Assembly: GCA_951406725.2 (NCBI GenBank)
Contig: OX597819.1
Location: 81,282,001-81,346,000 of the forward strand
Direction: 5' to 3'
From: Octopus vulgaris
Taxonomy: Eukaryota
DNA length: 64,000 bases
The notes under the pieces were generated by a model. The model did not search any database. It was given only the letters and a program-made list of their open reading frames with translations, and was not told where the DNA came from. Below, piece after piece: positions 12,075 through 25,542 of the stretch. The position numbers and the translations under genes are program-made. Each line of letters begins with the position of its first letter. Position 1 is the stretch's first letter.

Positions 12075-12644
12075 ACATATATGCATTAAATAATTACAGT
12101 CTGGATTTGAACCCCGCTATATTTATTTTTCCCATCTTTCCCAAAAAGGCACAATATTACTGGGCATGATTATAGACAATTCAAAAGAATTCAAGAGCTG
12201 ACTGATATTAATTTGATCGACCTGCGAAGTCCACCACAGTAAAATATTGAACAAATTCAATATACATTTCTAAACATTATTACGAAATTAAAAACAACTA
12301 CGAAGTCTTGCAAAAGATTTATAACGTTTTATACTTTGCTGGACAAACAATAAGATACACAAGAAAATAAAATTATAAATATTAGGGATTTTGTATTGAG
12401 CTTAGACGTTAGGGATTACGTTAGACGGTAGATGGATTTTTGCCAAGGTTGTAATCTCCAGATGTACTACCGCAGTAAGATGAAAGCATTCTGTGAGGAT
12501 CCTGAAGATCCCAATGTTTACGAGATATTTATCCACCCATAGGAATACATTACACTAAAAATGAACAGCCGTACTTTGCCGAATCAGGCTGGCGCCCCAC
12601 TTTGCAGTTGTCTTCTTATGTATATGTTTATGCACGTATGTACG

Positions 12645-12697
<53 letters not shown>

Positions 12698-12840
12698 ATG
12701 TATGCATATGTATACACACACGCACCTATATATATGTAAATATGCATACACACAAATATACATACATGTATACGTACATACATGCGATATATATATACAC
12801 ACACACATATGTATGCATGCGTGTATGTATGTATGCACGC

Positions 12841-13000
12841 TAGAAAGAATAGCCAAAATCCAAACCACTATTAGGGATAAATTTCGAAGAGAATGAAAAC
12901 TAAAAATATTTACCATCTATCCATGCTTTCTGACTTTATATTAGCAAATAAAATATTTTGCTAGGCGAAGTCTTCATCAACAGGTACGCCCTAGATTAAA
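12841..13000 (-). mobile_element. Decayed hammerhead-bearing microsatellite insertion
   Basis: Minus strand: tTGATGA-a-gactt...tagcaaa/tttgcta...aagtc-a-GAAA-gcatg. Downstream GATTTTGGCTATTCTTTCT resembles GATTTTTGGCTGCTATTTCT in the 3747 element. Confidence 0.4.
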
Positions 13001-13001
13001 C

Positions 13002-13113
<112 letters not shown>

Positions 13114-13191
13114 TGGTAAAAACGGTAACATAACAAAAGAAAGAAAGAGACATATATATACATATATATATATATACATATACATACATAC

Positions 13192-13221
<30 letters not shown>

Positions 13222-13222
<1 letters not shown>

Positions 13223-13649
13223 AGATCCAAGGATCGAGGTGTAGGAAGAAACTTAGCTTCAAGCAATCCGTAGTAAACACAGAAAGCAACTTACAGGAAC
13301 AATAGCGGTTTATCGATACGGAAGTCTGTGAATTTTTTCTTATCGAAGTATGATAAATTGAAAAAGTTCATTTTATACTTCACGGTAGACAACCAGGGTT
13401 ACTGGTTATGCGAATAAGAATGCAAGAGTTAAGGAATGGAGTAGATAAGATCCAGGCTACATATGTTTCATAGCGAGCGGAGCCTCGGAAGAGGTAAATA
13501 TCCAAACTAGGTGTATACCGCAGGCTACTCTTCCTGAAGAGTAGCCTGTGGAATACACCTAGTTTGGATATTTACCATCACTTCCGATTTTCCGCTCACT
13601 ATGAAACATATGTAGCCTGGATTTTATCTACTCCATGCCTTAACTCTTG
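13222..13649. mobile_element. Microsatellite-flanked inverted-repeat insertion with hammerhead core at the hairpin apex
   Basis: Arms 13423-13533 / 13536-13649. CTGAAGA(13534-40)-gtag...ctat-GAAA(13603-06)-catat-GTA(13612-14)-gcctgg. Confidence 0.75.
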
Positions 13650-13672
13650 TGTTGGTGTGTGTATGTGTGTGT

Positions 13673-13703
<31 letters not shown>

Positions 13704-13712
13704 GAGGCAGAA

Positions 13713-13780
<68 letters not shown>

Positions 13781-13830
13781 TTTCCTTTTGTTTACAAAAA
13801 CCAACCATACTTATATACATACTTTCAGAG

Positions 13831-13884
<54 letters not shown>

Positions 13885-14289
13885 GTATGTATTTTAGAAG
13901 TGATTTTGATTTGTAGAATATTTCTGTTTTCATACAGAAGGATCCTAGCATAGTGCTTACAGTTTTGGGTTCGTGATCATTAGCTCGTGGGTCTGGACCG
14001 GGTGATACGTTGTATTCTTGAGCAAGGCACTCCATGTCACGTTGCTGCAGCCTACTAAGCTGAAACTGAATACTAGTGTAAGAAGCCAAGAATGTAACGT
14101 GATAGTAAGCCATTATATCCTACTCACTTGAGAGTGACTGCTCTGTTGTGAAGTTTTGATCAGTTATCCTTATGCATGTGAACTTTATACTAGTGGGTCT
14201 TAGTGTTGCTTTCAGATTAATTTCCTCTGTTCTTCTTTGCTATCGTTCATTTAACCTATTGCTGTGAATTTTATTTATTATCATTATAA

Positions 14290-15460
14290 TTGATTTTAAA
14301 TTTTGGCACAAGGCCAGAAATTTCGAGGGAGGTGACAAGTCGATTACATCGATCCCAGCATTGAACTGGTACTTATTTTATCGATCTCAAAAAGATGAAA
14401 GCCAAAGTAGATCTCGGCGGTATTTGAACTCAGAACGTAAAAACGGACGAAATGCCGCTAAGTATTTTGCCAGGCGCGGTAACGTTTCCGCCACAGTTAA
14501 TGGCGACGAAATGAGCTCAAATTCCGCCGTAGTCGACTTTGCCCTTCATCCATTCGGAATTGAAAAAATAGATATTATTCACATACTGGGATCGATGTAC
14601 ATGAGTTCCCTCTCTCAAAAACAGCTGGTCTGAGTCAAAATTTGAAACCATTATTATGAATAACAGTACAAGACGGTAAGCTGGCAAAATCGTTAGCACG
14701 CTGGACAAAATACTTAGCGGTCTTTCGTCTGTCTTCATGTTCTGAGTTCAAATTCCACCGAAGTTAGCTTTATCTTTCGTCGTTTCGAGGTTGATAAAAA
14801 AAGTGCCAGTTAAGTCGTAGGATCGATATAGCCGACTAACCATCTCCATTAAAAATTTCTGGCATTTTTGCCTTCATTAGAAAGGAATTCCATCATTGCT
14901 ATTGGTAACAGCAAAAGGTGGAAAGCTTACAGAATCGTTAGCACGATGGGAAGATGCATAGCGGCATGTCTTCGGGCTCTTTACCTACTGAGTTCAAATA
15001 CTGCCAGGGTTGACTTTTTTTTACATCGTAAAATTTACTAGCCTAGTGTCAAAGTTTGAAACCACCCTTAATGATAATTACAAAGGCGGAAAGTTGGCAG
15101 AATCGTTAGAGCGCCGGAAAAAAATCCTTGTAGTATTTGTACCGGATGTTTAGGTTCTGGGTTCACATCACGTCGAAATCAGCCAATTTTGGTTTCCATC
15201 TTTTTTTTCGGGCTCGATAAATTAAAGAACTGGCCAAGAACTGGGGTTGATGATATTGACTAATACCTCTCAAAATTGCTGTCTTTGAGCCTTAATCAAA
15301 AAGCGTTATTAATAGTAGTTATAGGGTGGCGATCTGGCGGAATTGTTAGCACGCCGGGAAAAATTCTTTGCAGCAGTTCGTCCGTCTTTATGTTCCGAGT
15401 TCAAATTCTGCCAAGGTCGACTTCATCTTTTATCCTGGAGGTCGATAAAATAAGTATCAG
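14290..15460. mobile_element. Cluster of about six diverged tRNA-SINE copies (first minus, rest plus)
   Basis: Repeated (G/C)AGAAT(C/T)GTTAG / GAGTTCAAAT / TCGATAAA blocks near 14290(-), 14500, 14672, 14915, 15083, 15325. Confidence 0.8.
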
Positions 15461-17085
15461 TTTTATTTTAAGACTTCTTGCCAATAGGGAAAGAGCCGGT
15501 TTCTAACCTCGATTCAAGGCTCCTTCATTGGAATTTCAACATCAACAACAGGGTATTTTTGTTTGTATGTACATATGTATGTATGCATATGTTCAGATTT
15601 GCATGTTTTGTTTTATATATGTATTCTTATACATATACTTGCATAGTAACACAGGCTCATATATATTAAAATAATAAACTTCTGGAAAATTTTACAAAAT
15701 TTACAGTTCCACTGATGGTTTGAATCTGTAGTCTTCGAATCAGCTTTCTCCTTTTTGGTTTTTAGAAGCCTAATTTCTCAAAATTGGCATTTAGGCAATG
15801 TGTTACATATCCCATTGCAGGTATAAACCTGAACTTGTAATCTGGATAGAGTAACCGCAGATTTCTCAATAGTTCAGCGTAGGCATTCTCTTTTTCACTG
15901 ATCTTCAGTTTTATGATAACATCCGCTGGGTAGCTAATTTCCACAACTGTACACAGTTTCTCTTCTCTATCCCAAATCATTATATCAGGTCTGTTGTGCT
16001 TACATTTTACTGAGGTCTTCACTGACACATTCCATCTTTTTATTATGAGTGGCTATGGCTTCTATCATACAGTGGGTTCTTATTTCTTTGTCCTCGGGAT
16101 TATCCTTCCGACAGATTTCATTATAGAGTGTCCTAGCTACAATATCATGTCTCATCGGTAGATAATACCGTGATGACATTTTCGGTATTATGATGCTTAT
16201 GATGTGGGCGATACCATCGTGGTTAATTTCACAAAGTCTGCATCGGTTGTCACATTTTACTGCTTTTCCTGCATCTTTGTCCCTGTTGTGCATCAGGTTG
16301 TTGGTTGATGTTTCCTGTTCCAGGATTGCAAACGCATACCCTTCAAAGTGGGATGTAGTAATCCGGGTATTGATCCATGATAAACTGCTTTGATGATCAA
16401 TGTTACAATTATCTCGGAGCTTTCTACTAACATATCCGTGCATAGTCTCCTGCTCATATAAGCTCATCCCTTGATCTGATGATATGTTGCGGCATAGTTG
16501 TGCGACTTCTTTGGGCATATATTCTAGGTTATCAGACAAGGAATGTTGCTCAAGGAATTGCCTTGCGAGTCTTATGATGTTATCAGTCTCATGTATGCAA
16601 ACTTTGTCAAGGGATGTACTTTGACACATAGTGGTTAAAAGATGTCACCGAAGGGATATGATACGACATTCAAAGGCATCTTGGATCGATATTAAGCCTC
16701 TGCCGCCTTGTTTTCGTTTTAGGTACAGGCGGTCTACGTCACTGTTTATGTGGAAATTATTTAAGCATGATAAAATTTTTCGGGTTTTCAAATCAATGGC
16801 TCGGATCTCGTCAAGCGTCCAATCAAGCAGCCCAAATGTTGATATGTGTACTGGCACTACAAACATATTGAGGGCCACTGTTTTTATTGAATGCGGTGAG
16901 TTCTGAGGTCCAAATTTCCTTTATTCAGCTGTAATTTAGTGACACGTGTTTTGTTACAGGTGCCATTGTAAGATGTGTTTTCATCCACCCCTAGATACCT
17001 ATAACATTCTTCATCAGATATAGGGGGAACAGTCATATCATTGAAGGAAATGTTGTTAGTCTGATTTATAGTTCTCCCCCTGTAT
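15460..17085 (-). mobile_element. R4/Dong-like (RLE-endonuclease) non-LTR retrotransposon 3' fragment
   Basis: ECYRYLGVDEN, DWTLDEIRAIDLKTRKIL..FHINSDVDRLYLKRKQGGRGL, CRLC..HI..RHD, HNRPDIMIWD..VEIS..EKENAY. Confidence 0.9.
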
Positions 17086-17809
17086 GTATTTAGGTGTGTA
17101 CATACGTATGTATGTATGTATGTATGTATGTATGTATGTATGTATGTATGTATGTATGTATAAACTTTTGGTGATCAACTTAAAGTGATTGGCTTACTTA
17201 GAGGGTTTGCAAGAGACAATAGAATAGATTCACAGGAAGGAGGAAATAGTGACGCGTTAACTTTGTGGACGATAGTTGTATCAATGCTACGCAATACAAA
17301 CATGTCTTCTTATTGTGGTCGTTGGTCGGCGAGGCTGGCGTTTTTACCGTTATTTTATCGTTACTATCATTGCTGTTGTTGTTATTATTCTTGCTGTTGT
17401 TTCAGCTGTGTTAGTTGTTGATATTTTTGTTGTAGATGATGTTATTGTCTGGTTGTTGGAATTGTTTCTACAGCTAACTAGATTGTTATATTTATCATAA
17501 TGTTGAGAGCAGCAATAGAATTGAAAGACCAAAAAACAACGAGAAAAACAAAAACACGCAAAAATATAATAATAACATATACAAAAATAATAATAATAAA
17601 AGACACCGATGAGATTTCCTCAAGCCTAAACACTTATCGAAGAAACCATTAACGTTTGCTTCCAGCAACACTTTGTCAATAAAGCCCTCACTCTTCAGTT
17701 CTTTTCTTTTTCTCTTTTCGTACTACTAGTTGGACAAATTTACAATTCATATGAATCCCCCATTACATTACTTCCCACCGCCAATATTTATATATATATA
17801 CATACAGGC

Positions 17810-17875
<66 letters not shown>

Positions 17876-18131
17876 GCATATATATCTATATATGCCTTCG
17901 TAAACGCTGCTCGCAAGTAGATTGTATTAGGTATGCATGTCTGTATACGTGAATAGATAAATTCATGTATTTATGAATACGCATAAGCACACTCTCAAAG
18001 TATTCACAGACATAGTTTTAAATCTGTCGGACCACGTACACGTACACATGCAAATATATATATATAATCATAAACACACACATAAACACTACGTATGTAT
18101 GTGTATATATGCATACATACATATATATATA

Positions 18132-18192
<61 letters not shown>

Positions 18193-18889
18193 GTATGCAT
18201 ATGTATGTATGTATATAAGTACGTATAAAAATAAATACGTAAACGCATAGCTTAAATCCACTTATATTAATATATTTTAGTAATATTGTTTCGTCTAATA
18301 CTAATGCTTTCTATTTAATAACCTAAGTTTAATCTTATCCACTACAAATATAATGCAGTCTTATAAGTGTGTGTGTGTGTGTGATTCTGTGTGTGTAGTG
18401 CATGCGTGTGTATGTGCACGTATGTGCATATTTGTGCGCATGTATACGTATATATATAATGAGAGAAAAAAGAAAGATAGAAAGATATATATACTAACAG
18501 GTCTAAAATGAACAGCTATTGACTGCACATACTCCACAACTGAAACAAGATTTAGACTCCTCAAACTTATTCAGCCAGGAATTTATTGGAAAATAACAGT
18601 TATGACTTCCATTTCAATATACAAAAATCAATGTATATAGATTTTTCTTCCTTATGTCATGTTATATAACACATTAAAGCTGCATCCAGTCAGTTCTTAT
18701 TACTGTGACAATAGAATACAGGTGAACCTACATGGCAGACCTACAAATTAAACCACTTTTCCCTACGTTGAAAAAATGATGAACAGGCCTAATCGTTTTT
18801 TGACCCTTATTGGGATCACATCAGAGGTACATACATCACTTGACCAAACCTAAGGAAATAAGCAGTAAATCCGAACGTATACACAACAA

Positions 18890-19136
18890 ACCCGTTAGCT
18901 TCAGAGAAACCTGCATACCATAAGTGTTTAGGGGTTTTTTTCTGTCAAATGTAATGCTTTTTTTATTCACATTGTTTTGATTTAATCATGCATTATCTTG
19001 TAGCTTGGAGATTTCAATAATGTGATTTTAGAATGACATTGTAGGTATGTTTGAGAGGCCGTCTCTGGCCAGTTTGAATATAAAACAAGTAGAATATTTG
19101 GGCCAGATATGGCCGGTTTAAACACTAAAAGGTTAG
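18890..19136. mobile_element. piggyBac-like MITE (decayed)
   Basis: Ends aaCCCGTTAG... / ...CTAAAAGGttag approximate TTAA-CCC/GGG-TTAA termini. Confidence 0.5.
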
Positions 19137-19709
19137 TAACAGCGACCTGTCAACGGAGACATCCGTCCGTACAGTGTCAAGGTATGATATAACATATGTA
19201 ACCTTATGTAACAGAAATACAACCGTGGAAAATTTAACTTTTGAATTTCGATCCTTGTTGGGGTTTCCTCAGACGTGTCTGCATAACGTAATGAATCCTG
19301 GATAAATAAACAGCAAATTTGTTATGTACTCAACAAATCCGGGTCAATGCACAAAGTTAAGCTTCACATTTGATGCAATGTACAAAATGCTTGGACTTGT
19401 GCCGCAGCTCTGAAACGTATAAATGTCAGTAAATATTTGTTGAACCCTTTCGTGAATTACACTTGATTAAGCGGAATTAAAATGTACTCTGTTGAGTTCA
19501 AATGTGTCTTATGGTCCATAAACATAGATTTCTCGAAGTTTATCCTATGTTGACCACTCTGCAAGGTCATTCACAAGTCTCAATAGATGCATCTTAGCTA
19601 TTTGGATACGGAATCGTTGATTCTGGATACACGTAAAACGTCACAGTCAGAGCGTCTTTTATATACAGGCAAATGGACTAATAAGTTGAGAAAAGTGCAA
19701 TGAATAATC

Positions 19710-19915
19710 TGGCCGGGAGATGGCAGAATCGTTAACGCGTCAAGAAAACTGCTTAGCGACATTTCTTGTGACTCTTTACATTCTGAGCTCAAATTCTGCC
19801 GACGTCAAATTTGCCTTTCATCCATTCGAAGTCGAGAAAATAAATACCATTTGAGCACTAACTAGGGTCAATCTGATCGGCTTACAATCTCCTAAAAGTT
19901 GCTGGTATTTTGCTA
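19710..19915 (+). mobile_element. Diverged tRNA-SINE
   Basis: GGCAGAATCGTTAAC...GAGCTCAAATTC...TTGCCTTTCATCC. Confidence 0.75.
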
Positions 19916-19920
19916 AATAA

Positions 19921-20240
19921 CTGGCACTCCGTCGGTAACGACGACGAGGGTTCCAGTTGATCCATTCAATAGAACAGCCTGCTCATGAAAATAATGTGCA
20001 TGTAGCTGAGCACTCCACAGGCATGTGTACCCTTAACGTAGTTCTCAGGGAGATTCGGCGTGACACAGAATACAACAAGGCTGTCCCTTTGAAATACAGC
20101 TACTATTCATTTTTGCCAGCTGGGTGGACTGAAGCAACATGAAATAACGTTCCTTGCTCAAGGAAACAACGTGTCGCCGGGAATTGAACTCACGGCCTTG
20201 CGATCGTGAGCCGAATAACCTAACCACTAAGCCACGCACC
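19921..20240 (-). mobile_element. tRNA-derived SINE, second family
   Basis: Minus strand GTGGCTTAGTGGTTAG (A box), GAGTTCAATTCCC (B box), TCCTTGAGCAAGG core. Confidence 0.8.
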
Positions 20241-23200
20241 AAATATTGAAACTACTAATCTTTATATATTAGTGGGATTTGCATTTCAGTTTCTCGGGGT
20301 ATACATAGGTTGTGGCTGGTGTTTGTTGCCATATCGACATGTTTTGGGTAGATAGCTGCTCTAATTCGGTCCTGACCATCAATTACGAAAAAATTAAAAG
20401 TAGAGAATGCTACATTGAAGAATTTTCTTGGGGCCGTGTAATTTATTGATCGTAGTAGTAACTTGTTTTAGGAAACATCGTAGCAAAAATGGAGAGCTTA
20501 CTTTGTCAGATAGGAGAGTTTATTGGAGCATTCGAGAAAAATAACGAATTGACTGCTACCTAGATTGTAGGCTAGATTACAGCTTAAAGGGAAAGTGCCA
20601 GCACCAAATTCTCTTCTTCGCCCACAGGCGAATCAGTTAATATACCTTGGATTAGGTCATGTTGAATATTCCTAAAATGCATGAAATAGTGCTAAACCTA
20701 CTTACCACTGAATAGAAGTTTTAAGGACATCGTAAATAAATATGTAAATTCTATGTATCTTTTCCTCTATTTCTTAATTTCAAACTCATACTTCTAATCC
20801 TGCCAAATATTATGAAGAACTGATTACACCCTTGTATTAAAAGTGCGTTAGGGGACACCACGTATTTGAAACATGTACTCATGTGAGCTTAATAGACCCC
20901 AAATGAAGTGTTATATTGATTAATTGCGGTTGACACAGGCCATAAAACACTTGCTCGAATTCTGGATTTCAATTTCCTCCTTCTCTGAACTGCTAGGGAA
21001 TGAATGGTCAAAAGGTTAACTGCTAGTTACTGCTATTTTGGTACCAAGACATATATGGCTTTCATAACTTTGGTATACACGATAGCTGAGATATCTGAAC
21101 GAAGTCATTCCAGCCCATGGCTGTCCTATCTTGTTTTCACATATTGTATACCCAAAACTACATTATCAGATGTGTCACTTATCAGGGTGTGGTTTGTGGA
21201 ATATTTGCTTGCTTCATGTAGCAGATCGACCGTCTTGATACTTTTGTGGTTTGTCATAAAACAGTTACAGTTGGGGGTTTTTTTTTGGGGCGGGGTTGTG
21301 AGTTTCGTGTCCCTACAGATGATTCTGTTCAGATGCAATATTAGTCGGGTATATGAGTGTAAATGATACAAACATATCAGTATTATGAAAGGCAGGAGAG
21401 TTATCGATACAATAAAGTTATTGGTCCGCCATCTATCGATACAATAAATTTATTGGTTCTCCATCTACTTCTTGCGTTTTACTAAAAGTATATGGTTGCA
21501 TATAAGATATCAATCAACTGGTAAATATATAAAGGTGGACATGAGAGATAAAGAATTGCTTCCGGAAAGGGGAAGGAGAGAGAGAGAGAGAGAGAGAGGG
21601 AGAAAGTGAGAGAGAGACAGAGAGAGAGAGAAAGGGAGGGCGAAAGAGATTTAAACAGAAAATAAAATAAATTTCGAAACACACAGTTTTCCATTGATCT
21701 TTCTCCCTTTTATTTCTCGTTAGATGAAGGTGTGAAACTTAATCACATGTGTAATTCGAAGTACTGATGATTAAACTATTATCCAAATGGCCAACCTATG
21801 TTGTAATAGTAGTTGGTGCCAAAAATATATCATGATTTGTTCGTATGATAAGGAAGGAGCCTATTGTTTTTCTCCAGTTATTTTCCTGGCTCAGCTAATA
21901 TGTTTACAAGAGAAAATCAATAACTATCTACAACTTTCTTCCTGTCTTTTATTAACTCTTTTTACTTTATCATTCACTATCAGATCATCTCTCTCTCCCT
22001 ATTTGTCGCCTTTTTCTTTATCCACCTCTCTCGCTTTCTCCCCACTCTTTCTCTCTTTCTCTCTCTCTTTATTATCAATCTCTATTTTGCATATATTTCC
22101 TCCCACAATTATTACTTGCAAACCAATCAACAGATATTAGTTTTTCAGCTGATTTAATCAACCGCTATTTCAATTTTTGCTTTCAATTTTAGATTTAAAA
22201 TCAATTTATTATATGTATTTGAATATTCAAATGTCGTTATTTTGATTTATTATAAAAACATTGCATCTTAAATGAGAACAGAAACTTAAGAATAACGTCT
22301 GGCCGCTGGTTGCTTTAATTTCTTCAGTAGATCACTGCCCTTATGGAAATCCATCTAAAGACATCTTTGGCTTCCACCTCATTACTGTTGATAAAATAAG
22401 AACCAGTAATATATGCTTGTAGCTTTGGCATAAGATTACTCTTTTTTATAGAAGGACTGTAGCTACTGACAATAACCCCAGCAATTGAAGTATTTATTTT
22501 TAATTCCTTCTATAGGGATAAAGTCAGAATTAACTTGGTTGGACTAACCACTTTTGTTACTATATTTATATTGAAGTACATTGCCTTTGTATCAGTTAAT
22601 TTGAAAAGAAATGATAAATTTAGTAAAATAACTTTGTCATTATTGAGCTAGCGTTTGGAACATTCATCAACATGAAAATTTTAATAGGAGCTTTAAATAT
22701 AGATCATTTTTAAATAGGAAGTTTTTATCATTGAAACAAAAGCGGTCTTACTGGATTGGTATCAGAGTCTTTTCATAGCAATCTTTCAAATTTAAATCCA
22801 AAATATAAAGGAGAATAAACACCGAACGTATATATTTTGACACTTTCCTCTTTCGCGGAGAGATAATAGAGTGTTCAAAGAGATCTTGGGCTTTAGTCAA
22901 AAAGAAAACAGTGAATGCCAGAGTGTCAATATTGTTATTTTTCAAGTTTTTGAAGTGAAAGTTTTTTTTTTTACTTAAAGATATAAGATGTTGTTACTTG
23001 CATGCTCTTCCAAAGGTCATTAACAGTGTGGTTGCATTGAAATTGCTACGTGGACAGGATTCTACTGCTGCAAAATAACCATAATTTAATAAAAATTTTG
23101 ATCTTTTGCACAAACACCGAAGGAAAATTGTTTATATGGGGATAGTATATAGCTGTTGAAACACAGTTATGCCTTCCTTGCAGGCATAAGCGACGTAAAA

Positions 23201-23729
23201 TGAAGAAAATTGATACAAACCGAAAACAGATTCTTGATAAATGATACTACTATATAATTTTGATTGCTTATTGAAGGCTAATTCACTTCCTTTATGATGT
23301 TTGATAAACTGATCTTTATGTCTAAGTTAGACATAATATTTTTTATCATACAAGTTACACTTTTTCTCTAAACAAATCCCACCTGTATTTTAGAGAAAAG
23401 AAATCGGCAAGTGTGACATTCATACCTTTTACAATAGTATTTAGCTGCACGAGTAATACAAACTGATTTGTACTTGGGTTATTTTATTAAAACTGTATCG
23501 CGGTTTCAACTTGCCGAGAGTATTTACCTCTTGTTCAACAGAGCTGGCTACTTCATTATGTTATAATATTAACACGTCAGTGAATCGACATACGGGCAAA
23601 AATGTTTCCTATAATCTCTGCTTTATCATCCAGGTTAGAAATGTATTGTCAGGTCCTGGATTACGCAGGCACATTTTCAGACTGACATAAGCAATAAGTT
23701 AAGGTTGATAAGATTACTATACGAGATAT

Positions 23730-23781
<52 letters not shown>

Positions 23782-24044
23782 ATGTATGTATATTATTTAG
23801 CAAAACTTATTGTGCAACCGAAAGCAAAAGTTTCCTCACACATAGATGTGTACAAAAAATGTGTGCGTGTGTATATATATATATATATAAATATCATATA
23901 CATACATACATATGTATGTATATATATATATACATTTATTATATATATAAATGTATGTATGTGTATATATATATATATATATACATTTATTATATATATA
24001 AATGTATGTATGTATTCATGCATGCATGTATGTATGTATGTATG

Positions 24045-24080
<36 letters not shown>

Positions 24081-24090
24081 ATATGTATGA

Positions 24091-24165
<75 letters not shown>

Positions 24166-24946
24166 GTATATATATACATATGTTGAAAGCTCATAAATAT
24201 AGATTGAATATTTAAATGCATGAGGTTAGCAAGCAAAATCCGTTTGACTATTGGAAGTTTGCAAATTTTGAACGAGATTTTTTTGAAATGGAGAGAGGAT
24301 TGGTTGACTTCATTATTAAGTCTTGAGATAGTTCATTCTCTAACAATAAATAAATAAATACATAGATAAATAAATAGATAAATAAAAGTCGATAACTTTA
24401 ATGTATATATTTACGCAAGAAATATGTTTTCAACAATGTACGAAATTAATTCGAAAATTAAATCTATCAACTTTTAATGAAATGTTTCGTGCTGCAGTGT
24501 ATATGTTGCATTTTTGTAGATTACAACACTTGATTATTTATACAGGAAAATAACGTAGCGTTTATCGATTTTTTTGCTTCATTGTTTTGTGTGTGTATTC
24601 ATCCTAAAATTATAAATATAAGGAATTTTTCAAAAAACACAGTTGAGAATTAGCAGAAATAATTTAAATACAATTGGTTGCATATTTTCATTTTCATCGC
24701 AGTTAAGTCTAACAAACTCTAAGTGCAGTAAATTTTCTTTGAGATTAAAACTATCGATTATGCATATTTGTATATACGTGTGTATGTGTGGTTTTGTGCA
24801 GGGTTTCGCGCACATCGGTGGCTGGTCGCGGGCAGCCCTTGTGTCTCGGTTGAAACGAACGAAACACCTACAGTACTGCTTCACCGCCTGATGAAGCATC
24901 GACTTTGAGTTCAACATAAAAGCGTTTAACTTATATATATATATAT

Positions 24947-25224
24947 GAGGGCGATGGCCTAGTGGTTAGGGTGTTACACGCGGGATCGTGGTTTCAATTC
25001 CTTGACCAAGTGGTGTGTTGTGTTCTTGAGTAAAACACTTCAGCTCACGTTACTCTGCGATCACTGCAACATCTCACGTTTGGTACACCAGACAATGTCA
25101 ATGTGATGGAGAGAGTGAGTTAATCTATAGCACATGCAATGGATCAGTATCAACAAATAATTTGTGTAGGGCGTTCGGCAAAATGCTGAACACTCATACT
25201 TCTTCTTCGACGGTAGAATCCATC

Positions 25225-25226
<2 letters not shown>
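24947..25226 (+). mobile_element. tRNA-derived SINE inserted in (TA)n
   Basis: TGGCCTAGTGGTTAG, GGTTTCAATTCC, GTTCTTGAGTAAAACACTT. Confidence 0.75.
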
Positions 25227-25273
<47 letters not shown>

Positions 25274-25278
<5 letters not shown>

Positions 25279-25532
25279 ACATAATTATAATTAGGGCTCA
25301 GCTAACTGCTTCACCAAATACCAAAATTAGAAATAGGAGTTTAAAAATTCCCATTCTGCTACTATAAGAATCTTATAGTAGCATAAAGGGAATTTTTTAA
25401 CTCCTATTTCTAATTTTGCTATTTGGTGAAGCAGTTAGCTGAGCCCTAGTTATAATTATGTGGATAATTTTACCTATAAAAGTTATTTTAACGTACCGTT
25501 CAAGTATTCACCCTAAATTTACAGTACCTAGT
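25274..25532. mobile_element. (TA)n-flanked hairpin insertion, same architecture as 3747 element but without a hammerhead
   Basis: Arms 25274-25369 / 25371-25466 with a 1-nt loop, plus ~65 bp single tail. Shares CTATTTCT...TGGTGAAGCA.TT..GCTGA.CCCT with 4367-4414. Confidence 0.75.
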
Positions 25533-25542
25533 ATATATATAT

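Noticed and set aside
15488-15540. Hammerhead-like CCAATGA...GAAACCGGCTC in the R4-like 3' UTR (minus)
   Set aside because: Two core mismatches and stem I out of register. More likely an ordinary 3' UTR stem-loop.
21402-21465. 32-bp tandem duplication
   Set aside because: Real but an ordinary slippage duplication with no further structure.
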